A DNA stretch of 64,000 bases from Priapulus caudatus (lineage: Eukaryota), in the NCBI RefSeq assembly GCF_000485595.1, contig NW_014577081.1, positions 121,880-185,879 on the forward strand, in the 5' to 3' direction. A model generated the notes under the pieces. It was not told the origin of the DNA. It did no database searches and saw nothing but the letters and a program-made list of their open reading frames with translations. A program made the translations under genes and the position numbers. How positions within the stretch are numbered: position 1 is the stretch's first letter; each line of letters opens with the position of its first letter. This document shows positions 59,292 through 64,000 of this stretch, in pieces.

Positions 59292-59745
59292 NNNNNNNNN
59301 NNNNNNNNNNNNNNNNNNNNNNNNNNNNNNNNNNNNNNNNNNNNNNNNNNNNNNNNNNNNNNNNNNNNNNNNNNNNNNNNNNNNNNNNNNNNNNNNNNNN
59401 NNNNNNNNNNNNNNNNNNNNNNNNNNNNNNNNNNNNNNNNNNNNNNNNNNNNNNNNNNNNNNNNNNNNNNNNNNNNNNNNNNNNNNNNNNNNNNNNNNNN
59501 NNNNNNNNNNNNNNNNNNNNNNNNNNNNNNNNNNNNNNNNNNNNNNNNNNNNNNNNNNNNNNNNNNNNNNNNNNNNNNNNNNNNNNNNNNNNNNNNNNNN
59601 NNNNNNNNNNNNNNNNNNNNNNNNNNNNNNNNNNNNNNNNNNNNNNNNNNNNNNNNNNNNNNNNNNNNNNNNNNNNNNNNNNNNNNNNNNNNNNNNNNNN
59701 NNNNNNNNNNNNNNNNNNNNNNNNNNNNNNNNNNNNNNNNNNNNN

Positions 59746-62700
59746 TTCTGCAAAGATGTGAGCATGACGAATTTCCGCTGACTGATACAGGCCGAATGTA
59801 TATGAATTTTATTATTTTCCATGTGCAACTAAGACAATTATGATATTCACACTGCGTATTGTAACTAAACATATCCAGAAGCCAGTGGATTATTTTGCGC
59901 TCACAATAGATGATATATCATCGGTCTCTTTTTTCTTAACAGAAATGAAAAATGGATGTACCCTTTTGTGGTTGTAGATTTCTCCTCATTATACAATGAG
60001 CCACAGTGTGTGGAAGGCATGTTTTACTCTCATAGGCGCATTGCTCGTTAGAGGTCATGCATACAATAGGCCCAAGGCGGCTGAAACGCCAGGCAGCAGT
60101 GCGGGGAACAAGTGATTGTTTAACATCGATGCGGAAGCATCTTGGTCGCCCTGTAACTGACTTTCAGGACGTTTTGGCTATTCTGCTTGGTGATGCACCC
60201 GCATAGCTCCCGATACAAGGCCCGATAATTACCACAACATGACGGCGATGAATATTGTGATGTTTATTAGCCTAAGGCCTATACTAAGAAATAATGATAT
60301 ACTTATGTTATGTTAAATCTAATTCTAAATCATGCTCATGTAGATTCCAGCAAAAGCAAGGGACCCCATATGTAAATAAGTTGTGCTACAGTCATGCTTT
60401 TTCGTGTAATATATCGCTGTGTAATTATCACTTTTAATGAATTCCGAATTCTTTATTGTAAAAGTAATGCAATGTATAGATAGTAAAGCCATATACATAT
60501 AATATATGATGGATAATTGCCTAAATAAATAAATAAAAAATAAAAAGTATACAGTATTGTAAATTAAACTATGAGTATGATGGTATACGTGTACGACAAT
60601 GTTTAGCAACAAATAAAACTAAACTAAAGCCAAACTAAAAGTATAGACTGCTTAATGCGTGATACGGAAAACTCACCTTTATGTCCCCTGGAAAGTGCAC
60701 GCGTCGGGGGTACGCACTTACGAGTACTGACGTACACGTGCCACGCTACACAAGATGGTGTGAAATAAAACCCGGACCCGGGACCCGACAGCCGGAAAAC
60801 CTGCATAAAACCCGGAACTGCATGACCTCGTGTCCGGGGCCCCGGGTTTTATTCCATCGTCCGGAGTCGAGCTCCCTCCTTAATCAATAATACATAATAT
60901 AATAATAATAATAATAAAACTAAGGTACACAAATACGGGAGCCAATGTTTACATGCTGCCACCGCGCCATCCTTGGATGTTTTAATAAGTAAATATGGGA
61001 TTTTCAATAAAAATAATGGCGCTTTAAAATGTATTTACCACGAATGTATACGTGATAGAAAACTATATGTTATGTTTTACTGATTTCTCGCCGCAATCTT
61101 TCTCTTAAATTCTGTCCTTGTCTTTGAAGCCTTCGTAGATTTTTCTTGCGTTTCGCTGCCTGGCTTTTGTAATTTACCATAGTGCTGTTAAACACTAAAA
61201 GGTCACTAACCACGCTAAATGCAACGCACATACACACAACGCACAACACAGCACAGCGACAACACACCGCGCGCAACCATTAGCGGATTAAGGCGGGGCA
61301 AACAGGGGCACGTGCCCTCGGGCCCCCCACATTTGGGGCCCCCACAATTTAGAGTATCCTAAAAATTTACAAAACTGCGTAATTGTGATCCACTAAATAT
61401 CTTAAGCATGTAACGTTTAAAGTGGAATGCGTTCCCATGCTGTTTCTCGATTGACTGAATTTTGCTGTTCAGCTGAAGGACACTTTCCCTAATACGGCGA
61501 AATTGCTCTGAGAATCTATCTCTCATTGATGGTCTCGATTGTAGCCGGTGAAAGGTCATTTGTTTTAAACTCAAGTTGATTAAAAATCACATGAGAAACC
61601 ACGATGAAGCAGACTAAGAGACTGTAAACGCTCAGTATTTCTCGCTATCGAAAGTGACATTTTAAATTCGTGAAAACATCGATAAAATACCTGCTGAATT
61701 TGCAAAGCATGAAAGTGCAGAAAAAATAACAGACTATAGGGGCCGCCACACAATTGCGTGCCCCGGGCCTCCCCACATCGCATTAGTCCGGCCCTGCACG
61801 CGCGCAACGACGCACACAGAAACGCAACGCGCCCATCACACCACGCACGCGCGCCAAAACCACGCCAGGGGCCACACACCACGGGCGCACACACGCCGCA
61901 CGCGTCACAAAAACACAGCGCACACAAACCAGGCGCATTAACGCCGTGCGCACGCACGCACGCGCATACACATCCACACTAGACACATAGCACACGCAGC
62001 GTAAACGAAACACATGCCGCACAACAGAGACACCGCACACACAACCACGTAAAAACGCCACTGCGCACGCACGTGCAGAGTCGCCTGCATCTACGCCGCA
62101 CACGCGACGACAGACACTAGCACAGACACACACACACAACCACAGCAAAAACGCAACAAGTCAACGCCCGACGAGATTACACACAACATACTAGCACGCA
62201 CCGACTCCCCCACCCCACCAATACACCCGACACAACGCACGCAAAAACGCATACCCGCACGTGCGCGACGCACGCGGCCGTCACACCACTACAACAACAC
62301 GCACGTACGCGCAACAGACACAACCACACCGCGCGCCACACAGACGCCACGTACTTGCACGCAAACAAGCACGCAGCACACAACAAGAGCACACACATCA
62401 CACAGCACACACACAACACACACACTACACGCACACAACACACAGGCCAGACACACACGCTACACACCACTCAACCCACCACCGCACAACACAGACGCAG
62501 CTACACTAACATCAGCACACATCACAACAAAACTACATACACACGCACGCAGCGTGGGTACGGACTGATGCAGAATGAGTCCGGAATGGTAATGCTTGAC
62601 CCACTTTCTTATCGGAGGGATGTCAGCCCGCATGCACGCTTCTTGAATGCCAACTAAAAGTGTGAGCGTGAGTGTTATCAATTTTCATTTTGAGTGATAT

Positions 62701-64000
62701 ATTTTTTTGGCCCCGCGACCGAGTGGCTCCGTGTGCACTGCTACTTGACTACGTGGACACTATGTGATCATCCAGGCGCGCTCCATGCTGAGAGCCACGC
62801 AATCATGTATCATGTCTCTCAGGATTTCAAAGTGACCATTCGAAATTTACCGAGAAATATACAAAAAATACAGAAATCAATTTTGATGGAATTTGTGGCT
62901 AATATTCTTTATTTGTTTTCTTTTTCTTCTGAATCATTGACAGGACTTGAAGGAAATCGAATTTTACATGGTAACAAAACTAGCTTTTATTCTGAAAAAG
63001 AAAGTGCTTTGAATCATCTGCTGCATTAATGCTGGTATGCAAGCGCAGCAAAATGAAGGGAAATAAAATTCCAATGGTTTTTAGCTATTGCTGCTTGGAC
63101 TGAATGTGTGCTCAAATGTGTGCTCAATTTTTTGTGCGCCAGGGACCCTTGAATTTGAAATTCTCTGGGGAGGCCCCCCAGACCGCCCTCCCGCCATGTG
63201 CTTCGCGCCTGGCGGAGCGAATCCACCGTGGGTGGTGTGCGCGCCTTTGGGGAAGGAATGTGCCCTTAAAATCTGAAAAAATACTGTCTAGCCTGCAGCC
63301 ACTGGATCCGCCCTTGGAACTGATTCGCATTTAGTAGAGCACGGCCTATGGGCCTATATCCGACGTTGTCTCGGAGCTCCCGAACGCGTGCACTGCTGTC
63401 CAGGAGAGTGAGTTTACCGTATCCACGCATGTAAGTAGTCTATATACTTAGTTTGGTTTAGTTTAGTTTTGATTGTTGTACACATTTTCCGTACACGTAT
63501 TATACATCATAGTTTAATTTACAATACAACAGATTTAGATCAGGCGCGTAAGCTTAAGGATTTTAATTTTGGAGGGGGGCGCAATGAGCTACGTGAAGTG
63601 GTGAGAAATCAGGGCGTAAAATCCGTACCGAGGAGTGGGGGGGATGATCGGCGATAGCATCACATACTAGCACGAGCACAAGCCCACAATTAATTTACGC
63701 ACACGCGCGCGATCGCGGCACGCGAACGAACATACACACATCACACACACACACACAGTAACACACACACACCACACGAACGACACACAACACACACACA
63801 CACACACACATACACACAAAACGAACAAACAACAAATTACCCACACAGCACACGCACACACCACAACGTACACACCACACCACCACACACCAACACCGCC
63901 CACACACACGCGCACGACACATCACACACACCACACACACACACACAACACACAAATCACACGTACATATATTTATACATGCATACATACATGGCACGCA
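59746..64000 (+). repeat. Indel-rich direct copy of ~51326-55390 (includes a garbled ASNS exon 1 on the - strand at ~59961-60241); likely uncorrected long-read fill
   Basis: Starts immediately after an N gap and is collinear with 51326-55390 throughout. The differences are mostly scattered 1-2-nt indels. Confidence 0.8.

Noticed and set aside
59746..64000. Apparent third ASNS copy or tandem duplication
   Set aside because: Gap-adjacent, and differs from 51326-55390 almost only by random small indels, typical of an uncorrected long read.

Overview
This is a gappy animal (invertebrate-type) scaffold with GT-AG introns, five N gaps and several stretches that look like error-rich long-read fill. 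Genes reconstructed by hand from splice sites and reading phases: UTP11 (+, 5'-partial); an intronless peroxisomal DHRS4 (-); an unannotated Cys-rich single-pass membrane protein (-); a 12-exon gene (-) joining a low-complexity N-terminus and an unexplained ~130-aa globular domain to a divergent SABATH/Methyltransf_7-type SAM methyltransferase; a secreted noelin/olfactomedin gene (+); and asparagine synthetase ASNS (-), which has a head-to-head inverted partial duplicate (+). The non-coding part is rich in non-autonomous elements: MITEs with 9-bp TSDs carrying (TTAGGG)n cores, hAT elements (one with a verifiable empty site), a tRNA-derived SINE, a Helentron-type element, and Kolobok-like, PIF-like and Bel/Pao relics. 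The last 4.3 kb and ~14.3-17 kb are noisy copies of nearby sequence and are probably assembly artefacts. The most interesting item is the methyltransferase fusion gene. Family assignments rest on remembered motifs, not on database searches.
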